Source of the DNA: an uncultured Gemmatimonadota bacterium
GTDB lineage: Bacteria > JAAXHH01
Assembly (NCBI GenBank): GCA_951812955.1
Contig: OX638340.1
Coordinates: 1,120,001-1,184,000 of the forward strand
DNA: 64,000 nt
Direction of reading: 5' to 3'
Made by a program: the position numbers and the translations under genes
Shown here: positions 18,335 through 27,097 of the stretch, in pieces
How positions within the stretch are numbered: position 1 is the first letter of the stretch
Layout: every line of letters begins with the position of its first letter
The notes under the pieces: model-generated
Seen by the model: only the letters and a program-made list of their open reading frames with translations
What the model was told of the DNA's origin: nothing
Database searches by the model: none

Positions 18335-19042
18335 ATGTTCAACCGAAAGAGTCTACACGCTGCGGTGTCCATCGGCCTGATGGCCCTGGTGCCGTCGCTG
18401 TTCACACTGGCCTGCGAGGGACCGGTTGGACCGACTGGACCGGCAGGAGCTCAGGGTCCGGCTGGACCGCAAGGCGCTGCCGGATCACAGGGACCGGTGG
18501 GCACGGACGGAAGTACTGGACTACAGGGGCCGGAAGGACCGCCTGGACCGCCTGGACCGCCTGGCGAGGTAAGAGTCATCGATCTGGACCTGGTCGGTTC
18601 GTGGCGATTCGAGAGCACGGATATCGTGCAGACCCTTGCGGAGAATCTCAAGGACTACCTGATCAACGAAGCCGGCCTCGATGCGGCTACCGTGGAACTC
18701 TTACTCGCCGAGTTCTTCAGGGAGATGACGGAGGATCTCAAGAACTCGCCGATTGCGACGGTTAACCTCGCCGCGGACGCCACCTTCCTGGACGGTGACG
18801 GCGCCTCGGGGACCTGGTCGGCCAACGGTTCGACGCTGCTTGTGAAACAGGACGAGACCGTTTTTTTCCTGGGAAGCTATCGCGTGGATGGCGACGATCT
18901 GACGCTGACGCTTTCCAAGGCCCAGATGCTGCAAATGATCACCAGCGCGTCGGAGGAACCACTCGCCGAAGACGAAATCATGCTGCTTGATATCCTGTTC
19001 GGCGAAAACGGTACGGCCAACTACTTCTTCAAGCGGGTTTGA
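18335..19042 (+). CDS. Lipoprotein with a collagen-like G-X-Y stalk and a lipocalin-like head domain
   Basis: ATG at 18335 (GGAGAGG upstream). Signal peptide and lipobox ...LFTLAC, followed at once by about 16 G-X-Y triplets ([19 protein letters not shown]...[11 protein letters not shown]), then LVGSWRF... (lipocalin_4-like GTWK start). Confidence 0.8.
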   Translation: MFNRKSLHAAVSIGLMALVPSLFTLACEGPVGPTGPAGAQGPAGPQGAAGSQGPVGTDGSTGLQGPEGPPGPPGPPGEVRVIDLDLVGSWRFESTDIVQTLAENLKDYLINEAGLDAATVELLLAEFFREMTEDLKNSPIATVNLAADATFLDGDGASGTWSANGSTLLVKQDETVFFLGSYRVDGDDLTLTLSKAQMLQMITSASEEPLAEDEIMLLDILFGENGTANYFFKRV

Positions 19043-19051
19043 GAGGCACAG

Positions 19052-19651
19052 ATGCACGCCAAGTTGAAGACCATCGGCAGGGAAGCCATTTCTTTCGGAC
19101 TCATCGCGCTGGTTTTGCTGGCGGCCCGGTCGACCCTGGCCGATCACTATACCGTTCCGTCCGGTTCCATGGAATACACGCTACTGCCGGGCGACCGGAT
19201 CTTCGTGGCCAAGTACACCTTTGGTTTCCGCGTTCCTTTCACGGGATGGAAACTCACCGAGGGGCGCGGAGTGGAACGCGGTGAGGTGGTGGTGTTCGAT
19301 TCACCCGTGGAAGACATCCGCCTGGTGAAACGGATCGTCGCCGTGGGAGGCGACACCGTTTCCATCCGCAGCGGCCAGGTTTCCATCAACGGCGCTCCGA
19401 TGGGATCCGTTACGGATATGCGGGAGGAGTTCTACGGCGAACGCCGGGTCCGCCTGAACCTGAGCTACAGCGGGGGGGAGGACTACGGTCCGGAGATCAT
19501 TCCCCCTGGGTTTCTCCTGGCCATAGGAGACGCCAGGGGGAACAGCAAGGACGGACGGGCCTTCGGATTCATCGCGGAGGACTCGGTCTACGGCAGGGCC
19601 GTGGCCGTCTACTACCGCAGCGGCGAAGGCCTCTGCTGGCTCAAACTTTAG
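19052..19651 (+). CDS. lepB: Signal peptidase I
   Basis: VPSGSMEYTLLPGDRIFV (catalytic Ser box), VVVFDSP, LVKRIVAVGGDTV (Lys box), GDARGNSKDGR. Confidence 0.85.
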   Translation: MHAKLKTIGREAISFGLIALVLLAARSTLADHYTVPSGSMEYTLLPGDRIFVAKYTFGFRVPFTGWKLTEGRGVERGEVVVFDSPVEDIRLVKRIVAVGGDTVSIRSGQVSINGAPMGSVTDMREEFYGERRVRLNLSYSGGEDYGPEIIPPGFLLAIGDARGNSKDGRAFGFIAEDSVYGRAVAVYYRSGEGLCWLKL

Positions 19652-19676
19652 GGAAACGCGGACCTACCGCGTTTCC
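19652..19676. terminator. Hairpin between convergent genes (possible bidirectional terminator)
   Basis: GGAAACGCG-gacctac-CGCGTTTCC directly after the lepB stop. It overlaps the last codons of the M1 peptidase gene and has no clear U-tract. Confidence 0.3.
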
Positions 19677-22027
19677 GTCTTCGTATCCTGCGCTTCCTTT
19701 TCCTTTTCCTCCGCCCTATTCTGACGCTGCATAGGGTTCTCCGGCGCCTGGCGGCGCTGCTTGAACAGCTGGAAGCGCGTGGGCTTAGACTGCGGTGGCC
19801 ACACGTTGTTGCTCAGGTCCGTGTCCGCGGTCTCCAGGAAGGGATCGAGGGTGATCCTTTCCACCGGCTGATCCATGGCGAACACCTTGGTTACGCGGTC
19901 GTCGCGTAGCCGCCAGATCTCCGCGGGGATCCGCTGTACCTCCCTGGTACCGTCCTCGAATTCAAACTCCAGGATCACCGGCATGACCAGGCCGCCTACA
20001 TTCTCGAAGGTCAGTTCGTAGAAGTGCTTGCCGCTTTCGAGCAGGGCCAGGTCCTCGGCATCCAGGTTCTTCACGTAGTTTTCATACTCTTCCTGGTCGA
20101 GGATCGATACTTCGAAGGGATCGTACCTGTTATAGAAATCGACCAGGGTCGAATCCTGCCGGACCATGGGATTCGGAATATCGCCCTGGTTGCGCGTGTA
20201 GCTGATGCCCCGGTTTTCTTCCCCTCTGTTCGCCCTGGCGATCTCTTTCTCCACTTCCGGATCCCGCGTGTTGATCTGGAACCACTTCACCTCGCCCAAT
20301 CCGAGATCCACGTGGTCCGTGCTGTAAAACCAGCCGCGCCAGTACCAGTCCAGGTCCACGGCGGACGCGTCTTCCATGCTGCGGAAGAAATCTTCGGGCG
20401 AAGGATGCTTGAACATCCAGCGCTGGGAATAGCTGCGGAAGGCATGGTCGAATAGCTCCCGCCCCATGACCGTTTCCCGGAGGATGTTCAGCGCGGTGGC
20501 GGGTTTACCGTATGCATTGGGGCCGAGTTGAAATACGGATTCCGAATTCGTCATGATGGGCGAGATCCGCGCCACGTCACCCTTCATGTAATCCACGATC
20601 CGGTGGGCCGCGCCGCGGCGGGATGGATACTCGGTATCCCATTCCTGTTCGGCCAGGTACTGGAGAAAGGTGTTCAGTCCCTCGTCCATCCACGTCCACT
20701 GCCGTTCGTCCGAATTGACGATCATGGGGAAATAGTTGTGCCCGACTTCGTGAATGATCACGCTGATCATGCCGTACTTGGTCCGTTCGCTGTAGGTGCC
20801 GTCCTTTTCCGGCCGGCCGCCGTTGAAGCAGATCATCGGGTATTCCATGCCGATGCGGTTCGTGTGCACGGAGATGGCCGTGGGATAGGGATAGTAAAAG
20901 GTATATTTCGAATAGACGTCTATCGTATGGGCCACCACCTTGGTGGAATAGCGCTCCCAAAGGGGGTTGCCTTCCTTGGGATAGAAGGACATGGCCATCA
21001 CCTTCTGCAGACCTGACTGGACCTCCATGGCGTCCCAGATGAACTTGCGCGAACTGGCGAATGCGAAGTCCCGGACGTTGTCCCCGTGGAAGACCCAGGT
21101 CTTCTTCTCCGTGGCCCGTCCCTTTTCCGCCTCGACCGCTTCCGCCTCGGTGACGATCATGACGGGCTCGGCGGCGGTCCGCGACCGTTCAAACCGGGAC
21201 TGCTGCTCGGCCGTAAGCACGTCCTTCGGATTCTGAAGTACGCCCGTGGCCGTTACGATATGGTCGGCCGGTGCGGTTATGCTGACCTTGTAGTCACCAA
21301 AGGGCAGTGTGAATTCACCACGGCCGAGGAACTGCTTGTGCTGCCAGCCCTCCACCTCGTTGTAAACCGCCATGCGGGGAAAGAACTGGGCGATGGCGTA
21401 CAGGTAATTGTCATCTTCCTCGAAGTACTCGTAGCCCGAGCGACCGCCGATCTTCATCCGGTCGTTGATGTTGTACCACCACTTGACCTTGAAGGTGTAG
21501 GACTTGCCGGGCTGAAGCGGCTCGGGGATATCCACCCGCATCATCGTCTTGTTGATGGTGTGGGACAGCGGATTGTCCCGCCGATCCCGCACCCACTCGA
21601 TCTTGAAGCCGCCGTCGAAGTCGTTCAGCAGGCGCTGCAACTGGGCAAAACTCATCCGCCCCGAAACCCGGCTGCCCGCGATCTTCCGCGTGTCCGAATC
21701 CCGGGCGCGCACGTTCTGGTCGAGTTGCACCCAGAGGTAGGCCAGTTCGTCGGGCGAGTTGTTGTGGTAGGTGATGGTCTCGGTGCCATGCAGCCGCTGC
21801 GTCTCGTCGTCCAGCTCGATCCGCATCTCGTAGTCTGCCTCGTTCTGCCAGTACTGATGGCCCGGCGCGCCGGATGCGGTCCGGTATACGTTCGGCGTCG
21901 GGGCTTCCTGCTTGATCTGGCGGAACTTGCTTCGGTTGATCGTCTCGGGACCCTTCTGGGCGGTAGCGGTGGTGGTAGCGCACGCGACGGTCAACGCGCA
22001 TATAAAGTAAAATAGGCGCTTAGCCAT
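19664..22027 (-). CDS. Secreted M1-family zinc metallopeptidase (aminopeptidase N-like)
   Basis: Signal peptide MAKRLFYFICALTVACATT, GMEYP (GxMEN-like), and HEVGHNYFP...WMDEG (HExxH plus a distal Glu). Confidence 0.85.
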   Translation of the reverse strand: MAKRLFYFICALTVACATTTATAQKGPETINRSKFRQIKQEAPTPNVYRTASGAPGHQYWQNEADYEMRIELDDETQRLHGTETITYHNNSPDELAYLWVQLDQNVRARDSDTRKIAGSRVSGRMSFAQLQRLLNDFDGGFKIEWVRDRRDNPLSHTINKTMMRVDIPEPLQPGKSYTFKVKWWYNINDRMKIGGRSGYEYFEEDDNYLYAIAQFFPRMAVYNEVEGWQHKQFLGRGEFTLPFGDYKVSITAPADHIVTATGVLQNPKDVLTAEQQSRFERSRTAAEPVMIVTEAEAVEAEKGRATEKKTWVFHGDNVRDFAFASSRKFIWDAMEVQSGLQKVMAMSFYPKEGNPLWERYSTKVVAHTIDVYSKYTFYYPYPTAISVHTNRIGMEYPMICFNGGRPEKDGTYSERTKYGMISVIIHEVGHNYFPMIVNSDERQWTWMDEGLNTFLQYLAEQEWDTEYPSRRGAAHRIVDYMKGDVARISPIMTNSESVFQLGPNAYGKPATALNILRETVMGRELFDHAFRSYSQRWMFKHPSPEDFFRSMEDASAVDLDWYWRGWFYSTDHVDLGLGEVKWFQINTRDPEVEKEIARANRGEENRGISYTRNQGDIPNPMVRQDSTLVDFYNRYDPFEVSILDQEEYENYVKNLDAEDLALLESGKHFYELTFENVGGLVMPVILEFEFEDGTREVQRIPAEIWRLRDDRVTKVFAMDQPVERITLDPFLETADTDLSNNVWPPQSKPTRFQLFKQRRQAPENPMQRQNRAEEKEKEAQDTKTETR

Positions 22028-22295
22028 GGATCGGTCTCCTGGTTTTCTTTAGTAGTGGTCAGCGGTCAATGCTGTACGATTCGAATTTTGGAATATATGA
22101 CGCGGGCGGCCCCGTGTAAAGGATCATACGAGGCGACGTGTGTTGCGTGCAGGGCGGCACAAGGCCAACACGGGTGGGCGGTGCCGTTCCAACACGGGCG
22201 GGCGGCGAAAATTCTAAGTGCTGGTGAGCGACGCAGTCCCCATGGATTTCAAGGAAAGCGCCAGGTTTGCGGTGGCCTGCTGAACTAAAAGCTAC

Positions 22296-22832
22296 TTACC
22301 TCGAAAAATACATGATCATGACCTCTATGTCCTTCAGCATGATCCTCAACAGTTCCGCTTCCTCTTCGTCCTCCGCATCAAGACCCACGGTTGCCAGTAG
22401 CGAGGCTACTGCAAATTGCAGGGAAAGCGTAGTATCCGTAACGGTGTATCCCACGGAAAAAGTCTCACCATCTGAAGTCGTGACGGTTATTCGATTCCCA
22501 GACACCTGGTATCGGTCAGGCTGTTCGCCGTCGACAATCACCGTTCCGTCAGACCTGAAATCAAGGGTAAGGGCGAACGTCACGTTGGATTCTCCAAGCA
22601 TGTCAGATACCACCATGTCGGCCTGGCTCGCAGTCAGGCCCTCCCCGATCAGGTACTCCCGCAGGTTGGCGGCCAGTTTGGTATCGAAATCGTTTCCCGT
22701 ATATTTCCACGTGCCGATCAGCTTCTCTGCAGGGTCCGGGTCCGGTTCCGGTGTGGGAGTCGGGGCCATCGGATTATCGTCATCTCCGCAGGCTAGCGCC
22801 ACCAGGACGGTCATCATAAGTAGAATCCGCAT
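22296..22832 (-). CDS. Lipoprotein, lipocalin-like domain; paralog of the head domain of 18335..19042
   Basis: Lipobox LVALAC, Pro/Asp linker, then LIGTWKY...LAANLREYLIGEGL...YTVTDTTLSL...EDEEEAELLRIML, collinear with LVGSWRF...[15 protein letters not shown]...[12 protein letters not shown]...[18 protein letters not shown] is lower than the flanks. Confidence 0.7.
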   Translation of the reverse strand: MRILLMMTVLVALACGDDDNPMAPTPTPEPDPDPAEKLIGTWKYTGNDFDTKLAANLREYLIGEGLTASQADMVVSDMLGESNVTFALTLDFRSDGTVIVDGEQPDRYQVSGNRITVTTSDGETFSVGYTVTDTTLSLQFAVASLLATVGLDAEDEEEAELLRIMLKDIEVMIMYFSR

Positions 22833-22937
22833 ATCATGCCTCCTGCCGAGTAGGCTCGGCTATACGTGTCTTCAAGAATGGATCGGAGATGTTAACGGTG
22901 AGCTCTCCGTTTCGTCTATCAATACTTCGCTTGTGGT

Positions 22938-23246
22938 TCAAATAGATACCCTGATCGTGATGGTCTCCCTTATTGTCTCGTCGTACAGCAGGCTTTTTAT
23001 TCTGCCCTTCACCACATATCGCCCCAAATCGTTGAAACCGTGATTGAGTGACAACAGGGCCAACTTGTTGTGCTGGGCCGTTGCGACTACTCTTTGGGTT
23101 GGTTCACCAGTTGTCTGAACGATGGGGTTACTTTCCGAACAGGACGCAATCGCGAACAACATTGTAATCAGTAGGATAGACTGGAATGCACGCAAGTACA
23201 ATATACACACCCTTTCTGAAGAAGTTAGGGGCACCATTTGACCCAA
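22938..23246 (-). CDS. Hypothetical small lipoprotein
   Basis: Possible signal and lipobox ...LLITMLFAIASCSE. Low GC, no recognisable domain, weak call. Confidence 0.35.
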   Translation of the reverse strand: MGQMVPLTSSERVCILYLRAFQSILLITMLFAIASCSESNPIVQTTGEPTQRVVATAQHNKLALLSLNHGFNDLGRYVVKGRIKSLLYDETIRETITIRVSI

Positions 23247-23747
23247 TGCCTATGGTACCTGCCAGTGTTGTACGCTCGCGCTATAATTCGGTGAGTGTTA
23301 TACGATTCACCGGGGGTTGGGATCTAACTCGAAGCCCTAAAAATCGGCCACTGAATTGAGCAAACTACCCCGACCAATGTAGCACGAACAATCGACAATA
23401 GCGAGTGTCATGGTTTCAAATTGAAAATATGATCTATATTTGATTTTCCAACTGAAAACCAACTTGAAAATATAAACATCGGCTTCCAAGCTGATATTTT
23501 ATGATCAAAAAGTGATTTTTATAGTATTTAATGTGACTAAATCGCATACAACCGGATGGGTCGCCTGTGCCCTTACTTGAGGATACAAAGTCGCACAGAA
23601 GTCGGTGAAGCGGGACTCGTGGCATTTTCGGGCTATTCATCGGATATTGACAGGGACAATCCGCGGATGTACCCTGAATCGACCGCCGGTCCGGCACGGC
23701 CCGGCTCTTTCGCGGAAGAACCGCGGGAACCGTTCTCGGAAGAAACC

Positions 23748-24272
23748 ATGAAATCGCAGGGCTTCTGGCTTACCTTCGCAGGCCTCCTACTGGTGTGCGT
23801 AGCATCGGACGCGGTTGCGGTGCGAATATCGGCCCACCCGTTCTACATCAGCGTCTGCCAGGTCGATCACAACCCCGATTCCGACGCGCTGGAGCTGGCT
23901 TTTCGCATCTTTACGGACGACCTGGAACAGGCCCTCGAGGCGATGGGAACGGACCGGCTGCGCCTGGGGACGGAGCGCGAAGCCGAGAAAGCCGATCTTT
24001 ACATCGGCCGTTATCTCGCGCGCCACGTCGAAATCGAAATTAACGACCAACGCGTCAGCGCCGTCTTTCTTGGAAAGGAAGTGGATACGGACGCAATCTG
24101 GTGTTATCTGGAGGTTGAGAATATCCCGCTCTTAAACACGATGACCATGACGAACACCCTGCTCCTTGAAACTTTTGAAGACCAGGTCAATCTCGTGCAC
24201 GTCAACGCCAACGGTCAGAAGATGAGCCTGGTGTTCAACGGACAGCACGTCAAGCAGACGCTGGACTTCTGA
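23748..24272 (+). CDS. Conserved secreted hypothetical protein (resembles the H-P-F-Y-x-S family annotated as DUF6702)
   Basis: ATG at 23748 gives a signal peptide MKSQGFWLTFAGLLLVCVASDA, then SAHPFYISVCQVDHNPDSDALE. The upstream part of the track ORF has no protein-like features. Confidence 0.55.
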   Translation: MKSQGFWLTFAGLLLVCVASDAVAVRISAHPFYISVCQVDHNPDSDALELAFRIFTDDLEQALEAMGTDRLRLGTEREAEKADLYIGRYLARHVEIEINDQRVSAVFLGKEVDTDAIWCYLEVENIPLLNTMTMTNTLLLETFEDQVNLVHVNANGQKMSLVFNGQHVKQTLDF

Positions 24273-24317
24273 CCCGTTATCCAGCCCCCAGTCACAACCA
24301 TAGATGATTCCCGGATC

Positions 24318-24830
24318 ATGCCCCGAAACACACGAAATGCAGCCCGCATAGTAGACCTGAAGGCGTTTGCGGACTTGAGATCCGGCCTGGGTACCATCGT
24401 CGCCACTTCCGGCGGATATGATCCGCTCCATCCCGGGCACGTCTCCTGCCTGTTGGAATCATCCGCCTATGGCGATACCCTGGTCGTGATCGTCAACGGC
24501 GACGGTTTTCTTCGCCTTAAAAAGGGCAAGCCCTTCATGGATATCACGGCCCGCTGCCAGGTCGTCTCCGGTATTCGAGCCGTGGATTTTGTCATTCCCT
24601 TTGAGGTGGAAGACGACGACACGGTATGCGAGGCCCTGAGGATGATCCGGCCCCACGTGTTCACCAAGGGTGGAGACCGGACCGACATGTCCAATATCCC
24701 CGAGTGGGGGGTGTGTACGGAACTCGGAATCGAAGTGATATCTGGGGTGGGGATGGACAAGGCCTGGAGCAGTTCCGACTACCTGGAATCCTGGGGACGA
24801 TTCTGGGCCGATCGTGCAGGCCGCGGCTAG
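24318..24830 (+). CDS. Cytidylyl/adenylyltransferase family protein (HxGH nucleotidyltransferase, RfaE domain II/TagD-like)
   Basis: ATSGGYDPLHPGHVSCL (HxGH), VIVNGD, and RPHVFTKGGDR near the C-terminus. Confidence 0.75.
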   Translation: MPRNTRNAARIVDLKAFADLRSGLGTIVATSGGYDPLHPGHVSCLLESSAYGDTLVVIVNGDGFLRLKKGKPFMDITARCQVVSGIRAVDFVIPFEVEDDDTVCEALRMIRPHVFTKGGDRTDMSNIPEWGVCTELGIEVISGVGMDKAWSSSDYLESWGRFWADRAGRG

Positions 24831-24983
24831 TTAAACAGTGTTGTATTTGTTTCTTGTCCCGCGTCCCTTGCCGTCATAATTTACCGGTACAGGAAATCCA
24901 AACGCCCACGCGACAATCTCGCAGGAAATACACCGTTCAGGACGAGAAACCATCCGGTCTCTCCCGGATGACCCGGAGGAGAA

Positions 24984-26087
24984 ATGTCCAGTAGATACCG
25001 CGCCGCCGTAATCGGTCTCGGCCGCATGGGGAGCACCTTCGACGACGAGATCGATCAGGGCGGGTCCATTTTCCTGCCTTACTGCCACGCACCTTCCTAT
25101 TACGCCGCGCCGGATGTGGACCTGGTCGCGGGAGCGGATCCCCACGACGAACAGCGTTCCATCTTCGGGGTGCGCTGGGGCATCGAAGACGGCCACCTGT
25201 ACACCGACTACCGAGATTTGCTCGAAAAGGAAAAACCCGATCTGCTCAGCGTCTGTACCACCGCCCGGATCCGGTCGCAGATCGTGGAGGACGCCGCCCG
25301 GGCAGGCGTGAAGGCGATCTGGGCCGAAAAGCCCATTGCCCTGACCCTGGCCGAGGCGGACGCCATGGTGAAAACCTGCGATGACCACGGCGTAGCCCTG
25401 GCCTTAAACTGCGCCCGGCGCTGGCATCCATTCTTCTCCCAGGCGCGGACCATGATCGAGGAAGACGAACTCGGCGACATCGTCCAGGTGACGGGCTACG
25501 GCCAGTGCGGACTTTCCCACAACGGCAGCCACCTGATCGATATCGTCCGGTACATGGCGGGCGGAAGGGTGGAATGGGTGTACGGCGAGATGGAATCCGA
25601 CGAGGCTGCGGAGGGCGAAAAGGATCTGATGGGCAACGGATACCTGGCCTTCGAGAACGGAGTCAGGGCCTATGTCCGGGGCATGCCCTGCGGGATCGCG
25701 AACTGGGAAATCGACGTACTGGGCACGAAGGGCCGCTTCCGCTCGATCGCCAACGGCCAGGACGCCGAACTGATCAAACTGCACCCGGGAGGGCCGCGCG
25801 GGCGGGGCGTGCCGGCCCGCATGCCCTTCCCCTGGCCCGCCCATTACCCCGGGATGGGACTGACGATCGTGGCGGACCTGGTTTCGGCTATCGAAAACGG
25901 TCATCAGCCCAAGTGTTCCGGGGTTGACGGGCGCGAGGCGCTGGAAGTGGCCGTCGCCCTCCGCGAATCGCACCGCGGCGGCGGGCGGAAGATCCATCTG
26001 CCCCTGGAGGACCGCGGCCTGGGTATACTGTCTTCCGAGATTCACGGGGACGACATCCCGGCCAGAGTCCGGCGCCTCCAAAGTTGA
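24984..26087 (+). CDS. Gfo/Idh/MocA family oxidoreductase
   Basis: YRAAVIGLGRMG Rossmann start, EKPDLLSVCT, AIWAEKPIALTLAEAD (EKP motif). Confidence 0.85.
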   Translation: MSSRYRAAVIGLGRMGSTFDDEIDQGGSIFLPYCHAPSYYAAPDVDLVAGADPHDEQRSIFGVRWGIEDGHLYTDYRDLLEKEKPDLLSVCTTARIRSQIVEDAARAGVKAIWAEKPIALTLAEADAMVKTCDDHGVALALNCARRWHPFFSQARTMIEEDELGDIVQVTGYGQCGLSHNGSHLIDIVRYMAGGRVEWVYGEMESDEAAEGEKDLMGNGYLAFENGVRAYVRGMPCGIANWEIDVLGTKGRFRSIANGQDAELIKLHPGGPRGRGVPARMPFPWPAHYPGMGLTIVADLVSAIENGHQPKCSGVDGREALEVAVALRESHRGGGRKIHLPLEDRGLGILSSEIHGDDIPARVRRLQS

Positions 26088-26160
26088 CGTCCGCACGAAT
26101 GACGTCCGCACAAATGAAGTCCACTAAGTTGCGGTCCCCAGGATTGTATAGGGAGATGGC

Positions 26161-26925
26161 ATGAAGCTCGGGTTCGTAACCTACCAGATCGGCAAAGACT
26201 GGGATGTGCCGACCATCATCGACATGTGCGGCCGAACGGGTTTCACCGGAGTCGAACTCCGCACGACCCACGCCCACGGCGTGGAAGCATCGCTCAGTCC
26301 AGGTGAACGCGGCGAGGTCAGGCGGCTGTTCGAGGACGGCGGCGTGGATCTCGTGGGACTCGGAACGGCCTTTGAGTACCACTCGGTCGATCCCGACGAG
26401 GTCCAGGCGAATATTAAAGGAACTGTGGAGTATGCCAGACTGGCGGCCGACCTGGGCTGTCCAGGTATCAAGGTGCGGCCTAACGGTCTGCAGACGGAAG
26501 CGGGCATACCGGAAGAAGCGACTCTCGAACAGATCGGAATGGCCATCGGGCAGTGCGCGGAAGCGGCCGGCGGTCTCGGCGTGCAAATCCGGGTCGAGGT
26601 ACACGGGAAGGACACCCAGGAGCCGCGCCGGATGCGCGCCATTATGGATCATGCGGACCATCCCAATGCGTATATCTGCTGGAATTCCAATTTCGGCGAA
26701 GTGGTGGAAGGATCGATCGAGAGCAACTACCGGCTGCTGAGTCACAAGATCGGCCTGGTGCATATCACCGAAATCTACCGCGCCGAGTATCCCTGGCGGG
26801 AACTGTTCAGGCTGCTCAAGGCCGACGGTTACGAAGGTTACACGCTCGCGGAAATCGCGCACAGCCCCGAACCCGAACGGCTGATGGGCTATTACAAGGC
26901 ACTCTGGGAAGCCTACCAGGTCTGA
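26161..26925 (+). CDS. Sugar phosphate isomerase/epimerase (xylose isomerase-like TIM barrel)
   Basis: MKLGFVTYQ..., GFTGVELR, IRVEVHG, VHITE pattern typical of AP_endonuc_2/TIM-barrel proteins. Confidence 0.8.
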   Translation: MKLGFVTYQIGKDWDVPTIIDMCGRTGFTGVELRTTHAHGVEASLSPGERGEVRRLFEDGGVDLVGLGTAFEYHSVDPDEVQANIKGTVEYARLAADLGCPGIKVRPNGLQTEAGIPEEATLEQIGMAIGQCAEAAGGLGVQIRVEVHGKDTQEPRRMRAIMDHADHPNAYICWNSNFGEVVEGSIESNYRLLSHKIGLVHITEIYRAEYPWRELFRLLKADGYEGYTLAEIAHSPEPERLMGYYKALWEAYQV

Positions 26926-26942
26926 GCGCGCACCGCGCGACA

Positions 26943-27046
26943 TTAAGCGACATCCGGCGCGGCATTATGCGCGTATCCGGCGCGGCATCAAGCGCGTATC
27001 TGGTACGACATTAAGCGCGTATCCGGCGCGGCATTTATCGACATTA
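26943..27046. repeat. 23-bp tandem repeat, about 4.5 copies, intergenic
   Basis: Units at 26943, 26966, 26989 and 27012 (consensus NNAGCGCGTATCCGGCGCGGCAT) plus a partial fifth. Lies between the TIM-barrel stop (26925) and the aminotransferase ATG (27098). Confidence 0.75.
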
Positions 27047-27097
27047 AATCGAACCGCCGATTATCTGCATGGGCAATCTGAAAGGATCGATTGATTT

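Noticed and set aside
22267-23043. 258-aa Ser-rich plus-strand ORF
   Set aside because: Antisense to the lipocalin-like lipoprotein gene 22296..22832, which has a lipobox and a clear paralog at 18335..19042. The Ser-rich translation is a frame artefact.
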